Shown one piece after another: positions 38,101-48,500 of a stretch of DNA of 64,000 bases. A model generated the notes under the pieces. The model did not search any database. It was not told where the DNA came from and saw nothing but the letters and a program-made list of their open reading frames with translations. Source of the DNA: Dendrobates tinctorius (taxonomy: Eukaryota); the NCBI RefSeq assembly GCF_039654945.1, contig NW_027361797.1, positions 43,462,001 through 43,526,000 of the forward strand. Direction: 5' to 3'. Made by a program: the position numbers and the translations under genes. Numbering within the stretch: position 1 is the stretch's first letter; each line of letters starts with the position of its first letter.

Positions 38101-40779
38101 TTACAACAGAAAGTTTATCACCCACGCTTGTCGGCTGTTGTGGACGAAGTTTGCCATACCTGCCGCTTATGTGAATTGGCCAAACCGCCTGCTCAGAGGG
38201 CCGCAACACAGACGATTGTGACTTCAGAACCCTTTGAGCTCCTGACGGTGGATTATCTGCACATTGGTCCCGCATTCCAGGGATACGAACACTGCCTCGT
38301 CATGGTGGATCATTTCACTAAATTCGCTGTGGTCACCCCTACTCGAGACCAGACCGCGGAGTCAGCCGCCTCCGCAATTTGCAGAAACTTTATACAAGTG
38401 TACGGCTGTCCTCAACGCATACATTCTGACCAGGGAGCATGTTTTTTGGGGAAAGTTATGGAGGAACTACATCATCTTTATGGGATTGATAAATCCCAGA
38501 CCACACCATATCACCCGCAAGGGAATGGGGCTTGTGAGCGATTTAATCGGACATTGATTCAAATGCTATGCACTCTGGAGAGTGACAAGAAAGCTCGTTG
38601 GCCTGAATATGTTTCTGAATTAGTGTGGGTTTATAATAATCGGGTACATCGAGTAACGGGCTATACTCCTTATTTCCTGCTGTTCGGACGAGAGGGTAAA
38701 GGGATCACGGAGGTAGAGTTGGACCCCGAAGAGCCTCGGCCCTGGACCGGAGTGTCGTCTTGGGTCCGAAATCATCGCCACAGGTTGCAAACTCTTCACC
38801 GAATTGTACATACCAAACTTCAAGACTGGGAACACCCCGGGAAGAATACAACCTCCCCTCCCCATCTCCAAAGCGGGGACCGTGTGCTTGTACTAGATCA
38901 ACGCCCCCAGAATAAACTGGAGTCACGTTGGGAAGAGAGTCCTTATCGGGTACTACGCCGTATCCATTCAGAAGGACCTGTGTACGAAATACGGCCCGAG
39001 CAGGATGAAACACTGCCCACTCGCATTGTGCATCGTAATATGTTACGCCTGTGTATTTCTTCCGACCCAAAGCAACTGGAACCCGTCCCGAAGACATCCG
39101 AACCGGAGTCCATATGCTGGGACTCAGACGACGAGGATTTCCCTCCAGTTCCCAAGGGCCCTCCACCCAATAATGAGCCAGTTGACACAATTAACCCACC
39201 GGCATCTTGCAGCTCACCGACGTCCACCACCCCAGAAGATTCCACCCCAGTCGAACTTAGACGCTCCGAGCGGTCAACAGCCGGCAAACCCCCCGAACGG
39301 TATGAACAAGACCAGTTCGTATGGCAACAAATATTGACACCTTTACAGACCAATCTCAATAGACTAACACCCTCGCCCGAGGACTGGCGAGCTTACAGGG
39401 TGGGGGAATGTGGGGAGGAGGACCCCCATACAGTGATTGGGCTGGAACCAGGGGGACCGCCATCAGGGTTGTTGAAGAAACCACATCAGGGGGATTACAA
39501 AGGGAGACATGCGACTGAAGTTGTCAGGGCAACAGGGGGCGGGGCGAGGGTAAAAGGAGCAGGGGACGCGCTGAGGTGGCAGTTGGAAGAGTGCCTGACA
39601 GGGGAGAGAGAGCCGTGTGGCAGGGAGAGGACTGTGGCAACTGACGGTGTGGGGAAGAGAGACAGGCAGGAGACTGTCAAAGGAAGATTTGAGACTGTCC
39701 GAAGAGCGACGCATAAGAGACTCTCCCCGGGAGTCCCTCCTCGGATACATACAGATAAATTGACGCCCGCTGATTCACTCCATGCTGTGACAGGACCGGG
39801 ATCTCAGGCGACCGCTGCGACAAGACAGCAATCCGGTATAGTGACCAGGACACTGCCCCCCTGTTTTCTCCCACAGCTGCGACCCCGTCATTACCGACCT
39901 CAGGGGACGCCACCTCGCTATAGGCGGCCGCAGAGCCCCTGTCCCGCTTACTGAGGGGACACTGAGCAGAGTTTGTTAAGATTTTATGTTTTTGAACTGC
40001 GTCATGACCTGGCTGGGGGACGGGCGCCTCTAAACGGACGCCTGGGAGATTTATCCCCCCGAACAGTTTCTTCAGGGCCTGTTGTGCCCCACCATCCCCA
40101 TTTCTTCAGGGCCTATTGCGCTCCACCATTCCAGCTTCTTCAGGGCCCGTTGCACCCCACCTTTTAGTTTCTTTAGGGCCGGTTGCGCCCCATCGTTCCA
40201 GTTTCTTCAGGGCCTGTTGCGCCCCATCGTTCTGGTTTCTTCAGGGCCCGTTGCGCCCCACCGTCCAGTTTTCTTCAGGGCCTGCTGTGCCCCACCATTC
40301 CAGCTTCTTCAGGGCCCGTTGCGCCCCACCGTTCAGTTTTTGTAGGGCCGGTTGTGCCCCATCGTTCCAGTTTCTTCAGGGCCTGTTGCGCCCCATCGTT
40401 CTGGTTTCTTCAGGGCCCGTTGCGCCCCACCGTCCAGTTTTCTTCAGGGCCTGCTGTGCCCCACCGTTCCAGTTTCTTCAGGGCCGGACGAACCCAAGTC
40501 CTTCCGGGAAATCGTGGATTACAAGGCAGCCAAATCTGCAATCCCTGAGTGGACGTGAACTCGAGCGACTCCCGGAAGGCTAAGTGCATTTTAGAGAATA
40601 AGGACCCTTTTTGTTTGAATGTTTGTTTTACGAGTCCCTGCGAGGACAAATAGGTGTTTCCCCTTTTGTTTGATCGAAGCAGTTTAGCCCTTGCGGCTTT
40701 AAACTTATAAAAGTTTATTTCACCCCACATTCAGTCTCGTGTCTCGTCACTGCATCCTGTGAGCCTGCTCGAACCTACA
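35139..40779 (+). mobile_element. Ty3/Gypsy element copy 1 (deleted gag, PR-RT-RH-IN, 3' LTR 39409-40779)
   Basis: LVDTGSQVT, YLDDIIVY, TDGS, SDQG..ERFNRT integrase; frameshifts at about 35710 and 36500; PPT CAGGGTGGGGGAA; ~30-bp tandem repeats at 40065-40485 in the LTR. Confidence 0.93.
36508..39954 (+). CDS. Gypsy Pol RT-RNaseH-integrase, reading into the 3' LTR
   Basis: 1148-aa open frame with canonical RT, RH and IN motifs. Confidence 0.85.
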   Translation: MLVRKKDGTLRFCVDYRKLNACTIKDSYPLPRMEESLSALGKATYFSTLDLASGYWQVPMSEEDRAKTAFIMPMGLFEFNRMPLGLANAPGTFQRLMERCLGDLNFEATLIYLDDIIVYAASFEDHLKRLGQVLSQLQKYGLKVKPQKCHLFRSQIEYLGHVVSAEGVRPSREKIAAIQEWPTPETVKDVRAFLGLAGYYRRFVKNFACRARALHDLLKGAPAGANGRKIQWQHPQEEAFRDLKAVLSDAPVLAYADFSQPFILHTDGSLHGLGAVLSQVQDGRERVIAYGSRSLHDSERNPDNYSSFKLELLAVVWAMMERFAEYLAGSEVVVRTDNNPLAHLENAKLGALEQRWVARMAKYNYKIIYKRGAENVHADALSRIRHTTPGQNRDEELGEEIPFALTAAVLTNVDAKVSSPEAHRGILEQSRDKWIQQQQEDEEVGLLRTWVAAGQLPTDTQRQALTQDLSLMLRQWERLIIRKGLLYRKITSQTTSTTVWQVVTPGAQLHELAREAHEKGAHFGVKKTLQWLQQKVYHPRLSAVVDEVCHTCRLCELAKPPAQRAATQTIVTSEPFELLTVDYLHIGPAFQGYEHCLVMVDHFTKFAVVTPTRDQTAESAASAICRNFIQVYGCPQRIHSDQGACFLGKVMEELHHLYGIDKSQTTPYHPQGNGACERFNRTLIQMLCTLESDKKARWPEYVSELVWVYNNRVHRVTGYTPYFLLFGREGKGITEVELDPEEPRPWTGVSSWVRNHRHRLQTLHRIVHTKLQDWEHPGKNTTSPPHLQSGDRVLVLDQRPQNKLESRWEESPYRVLRRIHSEGPVYEIRPEQDETLPTRIVHRNMLRLCISSDPKQLEPVPKTSEPESICWDSDDEDFPPVPKGPPPNNEPVDTINPPASCSSPTSTTPEDSTPVELRRSERSTAGKPPERYEQDQFVWQQILTPLQTNLNRLTPSPEDWRAYRVGECGEEDPHTVIGLEPGGPPSGLLKKPHQGDYKGRHATEVVRATGGGARVKGAGDALRWQLEECLTGEREPCGRERTVATDGVGKRDRQETVKGRFETVRRATHKRLSPGVPPRIHTDKLTPADSLHAVTGPGSQATAATRQQSGIVTRTLPPCFLPQLRPRHYRPQGTPPRYRRPQSPCPAY

Positions 40780-40784
40780 CTTAG

Positions 40785-43700
40785 TGTAGGGTTCGAGCAG
40801 GCTCACAGGATGCAGTGACGAGACACGAGACTGAATGTGGGGTGAAATAAACTTTTATAAGTTTTAAAGCCGCAAGGGCTAAACTGCTTCAATCAGACAA
40901 AGGGGAAACACCTATTTGTCCTCGCAGGGACTCGTAAAACAACATTAAAAACAAAAAGGGTCCTTATTTTCTCTATAATACACTTAGCCTTCCGGGCGTC
41001 GCTCGAGTTCACGACCACTCAGGGGTTGCAGATGTGGCTGCCTTGTAATCCACGACTTCCCGGAAGGACTTGTGCTTGTCCAGCCCCGAAGAGACCAGAA
41101 CGATGGGGCGCAGCAGGCCCTGAAGAAACTGGACGGTGGGGCGCAACGGGCCCTGTAGAAACCGGAACGATGGGGCACAACAGGCCCTGAAGAAACCGGA
41201 ACGATGGGGCGCAACAGGCCCTGAAGAAACTGGACGGTGGGGCACAACAGGCCCTGAAGAAATGGGAACGGTGGGGGCACAGCAGGCCCTGAAGAGACTG
41301 TTCGGGGGGTCAATCTCCCAGGCGTCCGTTTAGAGGCGCTCGTTCCCCAGCCAGGTCATGACGCAGTTTCAAAAACATAAACGTTAACAAATTCTGCTCA
41401 GTGTCCCCTCAGTAACCGGGACGGGGCTCTGCGGCCGCCTATAGCGAGGTGACGTCCCCTGAGGTCGGTGATGACGGGGCCGCAGCTGTGGGAGAAGACA
41501 GGGGGGCAGTGTCCTGGCCACTGTACCGGATTGCTGTGTCGTCGCAGCGGTCGCCTGAGATCCCGGTCCTGTCACACCACGGAGGGAATCAGCGGCCGTC
41601 ACTTTATCTGAATGTTTGCGGGGGGAAACTCCCGGGTAGAGTCTCTTACGCGTCAACCTTCGGTCAGTCTCAAATTTTCCCTTTTCAGTCTCCTGCCTGT
41701 CTCTCTTTTCCACACCGTCAGTTGCCACAGTCCTCTCTCTGCCGCACGGCTCTCTCCTTCCTGTCAGGCTCTCCTTCAACTGCCACCTTAGCGCGCCCCC
41801 TGCTCCTTTTACCCTCGCCCCGCCCCCTGTTGCCCTGACAACTTCAATCACATGTCTCCCTTTGTAATTCCCCTGATGTGGTTTCTTCAATAACCCTGAT
41901 GGCGGTCCCCCTGGTTCCGGCCCAATCACTATATAGGGGTCCTCCTCATGACTAGCAAATACTTCATGGTACTGTCCCAGCAATGCTTTTACTTGTGAAA
42001 GTTGGGCCGCAGTTAGTCCAGAAAGCTCGGCCCGCATCTGCTCCAAAATATTTCGGCCCTTCTCTTGTGTCGAGACTTCGTGGGCCTGTAGGGTTCGTAT
42101 TGTTACCTCCCCAGGATCCTCGGGGTGTACTCGTAATTGAACCGCAGCAGCGGGCAGCACTTCTTCTAGAGGCTTTACTAGTTTGGCCAGTACAGTCCGT
42201 ACTTTCAGAATGATATCTCGGTCTTCAAGGTTAACGCAGCGGACCAGGGCGGTTCCTTTTCGCACCGTAGCGAGGGAACGGGCCACCAGTATGCCAGGAG
42301 GTAAGTGCTCTGAGTGACACGGCTCCACCTGCACCTCTACGCCTTCCAAAGGTATCGGGGCCCGAATTGGCAGGGCCACCACTGTCTGTCCAGGAGGCAG
42401 CACAAGCAGGGGTGCCGCTGTCGCGATGACCTTGCCCAGAGCCTCACCCTCCTGGCAGTCCCGATGCACCCGCGCACCTCGCACCAGCTGCTGGAATACC
42501 TGTCCCTGAGCTGTGCGAGAACCCCACTGCTTCAGTGTCCTTTGTGTGGGATCATTAAGCAACAGGTTACCAAACTCTTTTAAAATATTCATGCCTAGGG
42601 TGACGGGGTGTCGTTGATCAGCTTCTCCTTGAGTCAGCACCACCCCTCTGCGGCCGAGGGGTTTACCGCACAACGTCACCTGCACCCACACTACTCCGGC
42701 AACCGGAACCGGCAGTTGGTTGGCGGCTACTAGTCTAATCATGGGCCCCCACTGAGGCCTTGCTGCCTCCGGAAAGTTTTGTTGAAAGTACGCTGCGGGC
42801 ATAGTGGTTACTTGTGACCCCGTGTCCACCAGACACCGGAAGGCCCGGCCCTCTACTTCTGCCCAAACTTCAGGACACTTTGCTACCAAATCTTCGGGAC
42901 TTCCACCACCCCTAGTTGTGGTTTTTGGCTCCGAGCGGCGTCCCCCCAGCCCGGAGCCCTTTAGTTTAATGGCCGCCGGGGTGGGTATCTCCCACGCCGC
43001 GGACACTCTCGGGCGAAGTGGCCTGGTTCTCCACACTCATAACACCGGACCGGTAGAGATTGACCACCCCGCGGAGAGCGTGACCCCCAGGGACCGGGAT
43101 TAGCACTGAGTCGCCGAGTCTCCGGTTCGGTTCTTCTCTTTACTTCAGCCAACTCACTCTTTATATTTGTCAATTCACGCTTCATCTCCTCCACCCATTG
43201 AGGTTCCTCAACTGTGTTCGAGGAGGCCTCCACACCTCGGACCTTCCCCACGGGGACCGCCATCCCCTGCTCTTGCTCCTGAACCCGTGCCTGACTTCCC
43301 ACTTCTGAAAAGTCGATTTGGGGATTCATTCTAATCCGTTCCCTTAAAGCCTGCTTTATCAGTGGATCTCGCAGTCCAGTCACCAGTAGGTCACGTAGGG
43401 TTATGTCAACAGGTCCTACCCCTACCCCATCTTTTCTTTCAATAGCCGTATGCAACTCTTGGAGTACATTCATATACTGAGTAATCGTCTCCCCCTCTGC
43501 CTGCATCCGGCTAAACAGTCGGGTCCTTAACTCTCCCACATTAGTGGGATCCCCGTGGGTCTGTTCCACTATCTGCAACACCTTTTCAAAAGTGTTGCGG
43601 TGCCCCGGAGGTTTCAACATCACTGACCTCCGCACCTCCCCGTCTAGGGCCATGAGTGCCACTTCAGCTTCCAGGTCAGGGGTCATTGGGTGCATCCGAA

Positions 43701-43898
43701 AAAGCCCCCTCATCCGCTCTGTCCAGCTCCATAGCATAGTATTTGAGCCAGAGAATCTAGGCAGGTTGTTCAACATGGCCCCCAATGAAATGCTGGTACG
43801 GGGACCCTCATTATTTACAGAGCTTACAGCTCCCCCATGTTCGGGGCCACCACTGTCTGCGCTCGGAGACTGCATCCTGCCGACTACGCCAAGTGTAT
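40785..43898 (-). mobile_element. Ty3/Gypsy element copy 2 (same family): PBS, gag, PR, internal deletion into 3' LTR
   Basis: PBS 43874-43891(-); gag 42961-43875; protease; pol fused to the LTR at GAGGAC microhomology near 41945; LTR 40785-41945. Confidence 0.9.
42961..43875 (-). CDS. Gypsy Gag (304 aa) with CCHC knuckle
   Basis: LPRFSG..; CYECGEPGHFARECP; ends ATTAAAC-TAA (possible -1 frameshift site); the ATG overlaps the end of the PBS. Confidence 0.85.
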   Translation of the reverse strand: MQSPSADSGGPEHGGAVSSVNNEGPRTSISLGAMLNNLPRFSGSNTMLWSWTERMRGLFRMHPMTPDLEAEVALMALDGEVRRSVMLKPPGHRNTFEKVLQIVEQTHGDPTNVGELRTRLFSRMQAEGETITQYMNVLQELHTAIERKDGVGVGPVDITLRDLLVTGLRDPLIKQALRERIRMNPQIDFSEVGSQARVQEQEQGMAVPVGKVRGVEASSNTVEEPQWVEEMKRELTNIKSELAEVKRRTEPETRRLSANPGPWGSRSPRGGQSLPVRCYECGEPGHFARECPRRGRYPPRRPLN

Positions 43899-44170
43899 TA
43901 TAGAGAAAATAAGGACCCTTTTTGTTTTTAATGTTGTTTTACGAGTCCCTGCGAGGACAAATAGGTGTTTCCCCTTTGTCTGATTGAAGCAGTTTAGCCC
44001 TTGCGGCTTTAAAACTTATAAAAGTTTATTTCACCCCACATTCAGTCTCGTGTCTCGTCACTGCATCCTGTGAGCCTGCTCGAACCCTACACTTGGCGTA
44101 GTCGGCAGGATGCAGTCTCCGAGCGCGGACAGTGGTGGCCCCGAACATGGGGGAGCTGTAAGCTCTGTAA
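43892..44170 (+). mobile_element. Locally inverted LTR 3' end + PBS + gag start of Gypsy copy 2
   Basis: LTR end CCCTACA at 44091, PBS at 44094, gag start; forms a fold-back with 43813-43898. Confidence 0.85.
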
Positions 44171-44337
44171 AGATCTGTACTGTATTTGGTGGTTGCCATC
44201 CTCATAATCCCTGAGGCATCCTCCTGTAGCCTGATATACAATTAACTGTTACCAGCCCTGCTGCAATCTTCATCTCTGGTGGGTGATACCTAGACCAGAC
44301 ATTTTAGCTGTTCCTTCAGACCGCACTGCAGATAATC

Positions 44338-45246
44338 ATGAGCCGACTAAAAGGGTCAGGAGCGGCAGCGGAGAAATTGAAGGAGTTTTCTAGACTTGAC
44401 CCTGCTGAAAGTGCACGACATAATAGGAGCACTTCCTCTCAAGTTCAGCGCAAAAATCGCCATTCTGGGGGTGAGGAGGAGATGGAACAGGAGGAACTGA
44501 CCCTCAAACAAGCACCTGAGCAGTTGATGCAAGCTATCTCTTTGACCAGGACATCCCTGACGGAGAAAATTGAGGATGTTTATACGGAGGTGGGGAGACT
44601 TCGTCAGGATATGCAGGCCATGAAGGGATGCATTACGGAGGTGGAGACAAGGGTGTCCAAGGTAGAGGATACCATTACACCCTTGGAGGCTAAATTAACA
44701 AAGGTGATGGGCTCCATGAATGCTTGGAAGCAAAAGGCGGATGATTTAGAATACAGAATGCGCCGGAATAATATCCGTATTGTTGGTCTGCCTAAGCGCT
44801 CGGAAGGTCAGCATCCTGAGCAGTTTTTGGAGGATTGGCTTAAGACCTCCCTGGGGGATGAATTCTCAATGTTCGCTGTTGAAAGAGCTCACAGGATCCC
44901 TACAAGACCCCTGCTTCCGGGGACCCCGCCTCGACCTTCCCTGGCACGCTTGCTCAATTGTAAGGACAGAGATACCGTTCTGCGTCTTGCACGACTGAAA
45001 AGTCCTATTAAGTTCGACAATGCTGTTGTTTCCATCTTCCCAGATTTTTCCATGGAACTGCAGAAACAGCGGGCACAATTCAACGAGGTCAAGAAATGGC
45101 TCAGGGACAGGAACATTGTATACTCGATGATATATCCGGCCCGACTTCGGGTTGTTCATGAGGGTTCCTCCGTATTTTTTACTGATCCGACGGAGGCGAC
45201 TGAGTGGCTGCGGTCCCATAGGGGATCCCCTACGAAAGAATCCTAA
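44338..45246 (+). CDS. L1 ORF1 (302 aa, open)
   Basis: Coiled coil, RRM (RRNNIRIVG) and CTD (IFPDFS, YPARL). Confidence 0.88.
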   Translation: MSRLKGSGAAAEKLKEFSRLDPAESARHNRSTSSQVQRKNRHSGGEEEMEQEELTLKQAPEQLMQAISLTRTSLTEKIEDVYTEVGRLRQDMQAMKGCITEVETRVSKVEDTITPLEAKLTKVMGSMNAWKQKADDLEYRMRRNNIRIVGLPKRSEGQHPEQFLEDWLKTSLGDEFSMFAVERAHRIPTRPLLPGTPPRPSLARLLNCKDRDTVLRLARLKSPIKFDNAVVSIFPDFSMELQKQRAQFNEVKKWLRDRNIVYSMIYPARLRVVHEGSSVFFTDPTEATEWLRSHRGSPTKES

Positions 45247-45541
45247 TGTGGCGGCTGTTACTTCAGATCCTTTCAATCAACGGTCTAATTGGAGCTCTCT
45301 CCGCGAGTTCCCAGAAACCAGCAATACCGGACGCTGTGCTCAGTGATGGCATCCCCTTGTTTATTTTTTTGATGAGGGCGCAAGACTGTGCGCCTATGTT
45401 ACTAGGTTCCTATTTTGTTTTCTCTTTTTCAAAAGTTTTAGTTTTTATAGTTGTTTAGGTAAATGCCGTAGCCGATGCCAATTTTGCTATCTGTGTGGGA
45501 TCTCTGCACCTGGATCGGGCACCATTATGCATCATATCCAG

Positions 45542-48500
45542 ATGGAGGGAAATAGGTTCTGAGTTGATTTGTATGACTTGGATCGTAAGGGGCATAAAAA
45601 CCCCTTGAAAGAAAATTATGGTGTTCTCACAGATTAGACACTACCGTCCTCATAGTGTGGCTCTGGTAGAGACGCACCTGACCAGAGATACGGCTCGGTG
45701 GATACAGAAACCATGGGTGCAATGGTTTATACATGCTTTTCACACCAGCTACTCAAGGGGAGTGTCACTGTTAATTCATAAAGATGTTCGGTGGGAGGCC
45801 AGGGAGGCCCGGAAAGACCCTGAGGGATGATTTGTGTTTGTGCATGCGCTGATTAACTCTCAGAAATATGTCATTCTTTGCATTTATAATCCCCCTCTGG
45901 CTAATATATCAATCCTTCAGAAGGCACTGAGCTTTGCTTTGAATTACCCAGATGCACATGTTATCTGTATGGGAGATTTTAATTTGGTCATGAATAGCCA
46001 TCTTGATAAATTGAGACTGGGCGATGGAATACAGGGTGGGGTCCCCCCCTCCGGGAACATCCCAACTGTCACAATTCATGGCGGGTAGTGGGTGGCTGGA
46101 TCTTTGGAGAGTGCGCCATCCAGAGACAAGGGAGTATACCTGCCATTCCTCCACTAAACGCACTCTATCTCGCATAGACTACATTTTTGGGTCGGCATGG
46201 GTGGATGATATTAAGCATGGAGGTAGGGGGATTTTGGATCATAGCCCAGTTATTCTTAAGCTGAAACATGGGCCATCGACTAATAGGATAGCATGGAAGC
46301 TGAACCCTTTTTGGCTGAAGTTGATAGCATCCCCTGATAGAACGATCGATCAGTTACGGTGCTTCGTCTCGTCCCAACCTGAACCCCGAAATACTAATGT
46401 ATTTTGGGATGCTTTTAAAGCCCATTTACGGGGGTGTTTATCCTCTACGATCTCTTACATTAAACGGGTGACATTGGAGGAGGATGGCGAGATGGTGCAA
46501 CGTCTGAAAGATTCGGAGGCAGCCTATATATCTGATCAAACTAACAGTAATAGGGTGGAATGGCTGACTGCTCAGAGGTTATATGCTCAATATACTGACA
46601 CCAAGATGAAACGTAAATTATTTTTTGCCCGGCAGTCTTATTTTGAGATGGGGAATCAGGCAAGCAAATTTTTGGCTTACCTAGTACGGCAACATAATGC
46701 GACCAATACAATTCTACAGATTCGTGATCCGGGTGGTACTTTGGTTTCCTCAACTGAGGAGATACTGAAATGCTTCTCTGACTATTATGGTTCATTATAC
46801 AATTCTATGATTGATATGGTTGGTCCGGAGTGTCTAAATTATTTGTCAGATATAGAGTTTCTTGTGCTGAGTCTTTCCCAACAGGCCTTTATGGATGCTG
46901 AGTTTACTCTGGAGGAGGTAGAGGACGCCATAAAAGACATGGCCTCCGGGAAGGCCCCTGGGCCGGATGGATTTCCTGTGGAGTTATATAGGAAATACCA
47001 GGATATACTGGCGACCCTTTTGTTGTCAGTGTTTCGTGGGATTTGGGAGGGGGGATGCATGCCGGAGTCCTTTTATGAGGCCAATATAATAATTCTCAAA
47101 AAAGAAAGGAAAGACCCTTTAGATTGTGGATCTTATAGGCCTATATCACTAGTAAATGTGGATTATAAAATTTTTACAAAAATTTTGGCCAAAAGAGTGA
47201 ATTCAGTCATATTAGATCTTGTACACTCTGATCAAACGGGTTTTATGCCTGGCAAGAGCACCTCCATAAATATCAGACGAGTCTAGTCAGTGGTCCAATA
47301 TAGCTCTCTGGTACCAGATAATGAATGGGCACTGGCATCGCTGGATGCGGCCAAGGCTTTTGACTCTCTTGAATGGCCTTTTCTCCGTGCATGTTTGCAA
47401 AGGTATGGATTTGGTGATAGATTCCAAAAATGGGTCAATGTTTTATACCTGAAGCCCAAGGCCCGGGTCATCATAAATAACTCCATATCTGAATCATTTT
47501 CACTGCATAGGGGAACTCGTCAGGGGTGTCCCCTTTCTCCGGCCCTTTTTGCTCTTGCTATTGAAGCGCTGGCAATACGTATAAGATCTTCCCCAAACGT
47601 TGCTGGTATAGAAATAGCGGATCGGATAGATACCATAGGCCTATATGCTGACGATATGGTGATACTTATGGACAAAGCGGAGGAGACTCTGAAAGGAGTC
47701 ATCACTACTATAAATAAGTTCAGTAAATACTCTGGCCTATACATAAATTGGGAGAAATCTGCTTTGATGCCTCTTTCCCACGCTCCAATGCCACGACTTG
47801 AGACTCTCTCCTCACTGCCCATTGTAACCAGTTTTAAATATTTGGGTGTTCATATCTCTCAGGGTAGTAAACTTGACTTGCAACTCAATATACAACCATT
47901 ACTGGAGACAGTCAAGGGTAAATTTGCGATCTGGGGTAAACTTCCACTGTCTGTAGCCGGACGTATTAATTTAATTAAAATTATATTACTCCCCAAGCTT
48001 AGCTACTTTCTTCAACATAGTGCGGTGGTGGTACCCAAATCCTTTTTTGCTAATCTGAATTCCCAAACCACATCCTTTATTTGGGGGAAAGCCAGGCCTA
48101 AACTTAAACTAACCTGTCACGTCGCAGCCAGACTCAGGGCCTGCTGTTCCGGCGTCGGCCACTAGGAGGCGCCGGACTGACACGTCACTGCCAGACTCAG
48201 GGCCTGCAGTTCCGGTCTCGGCCACTTGGGGGAGCCGGACCGTCACGTTGCCGTTGGACTCAGGGACGGCTGTTCTGCCTCAGCCACTGGGAGGCGCCGT
48301 GGTTCGCTCCAGGGTGAGGGTGGTGGCAGAGAGGGGGCTCCTGTGCAGGCATCTGGTGGGCGCAGGCTCCGCCCCTCTGTCAGTCATGTAGGGCTTACTG
48401 CATGTCCATCTGGCATGGTCCGGGGGCGGTCCTGGTTACATCATCGGGCCGGGAACCTGTGCGGGAGGACCTGATCCCTCAAATACCTGGGGACTGGTCT

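Noticed and set aside
41384-43036. 550-aa ORF
   Set aside because: Gypsy protease region fused to the LTR by an internal deletion.
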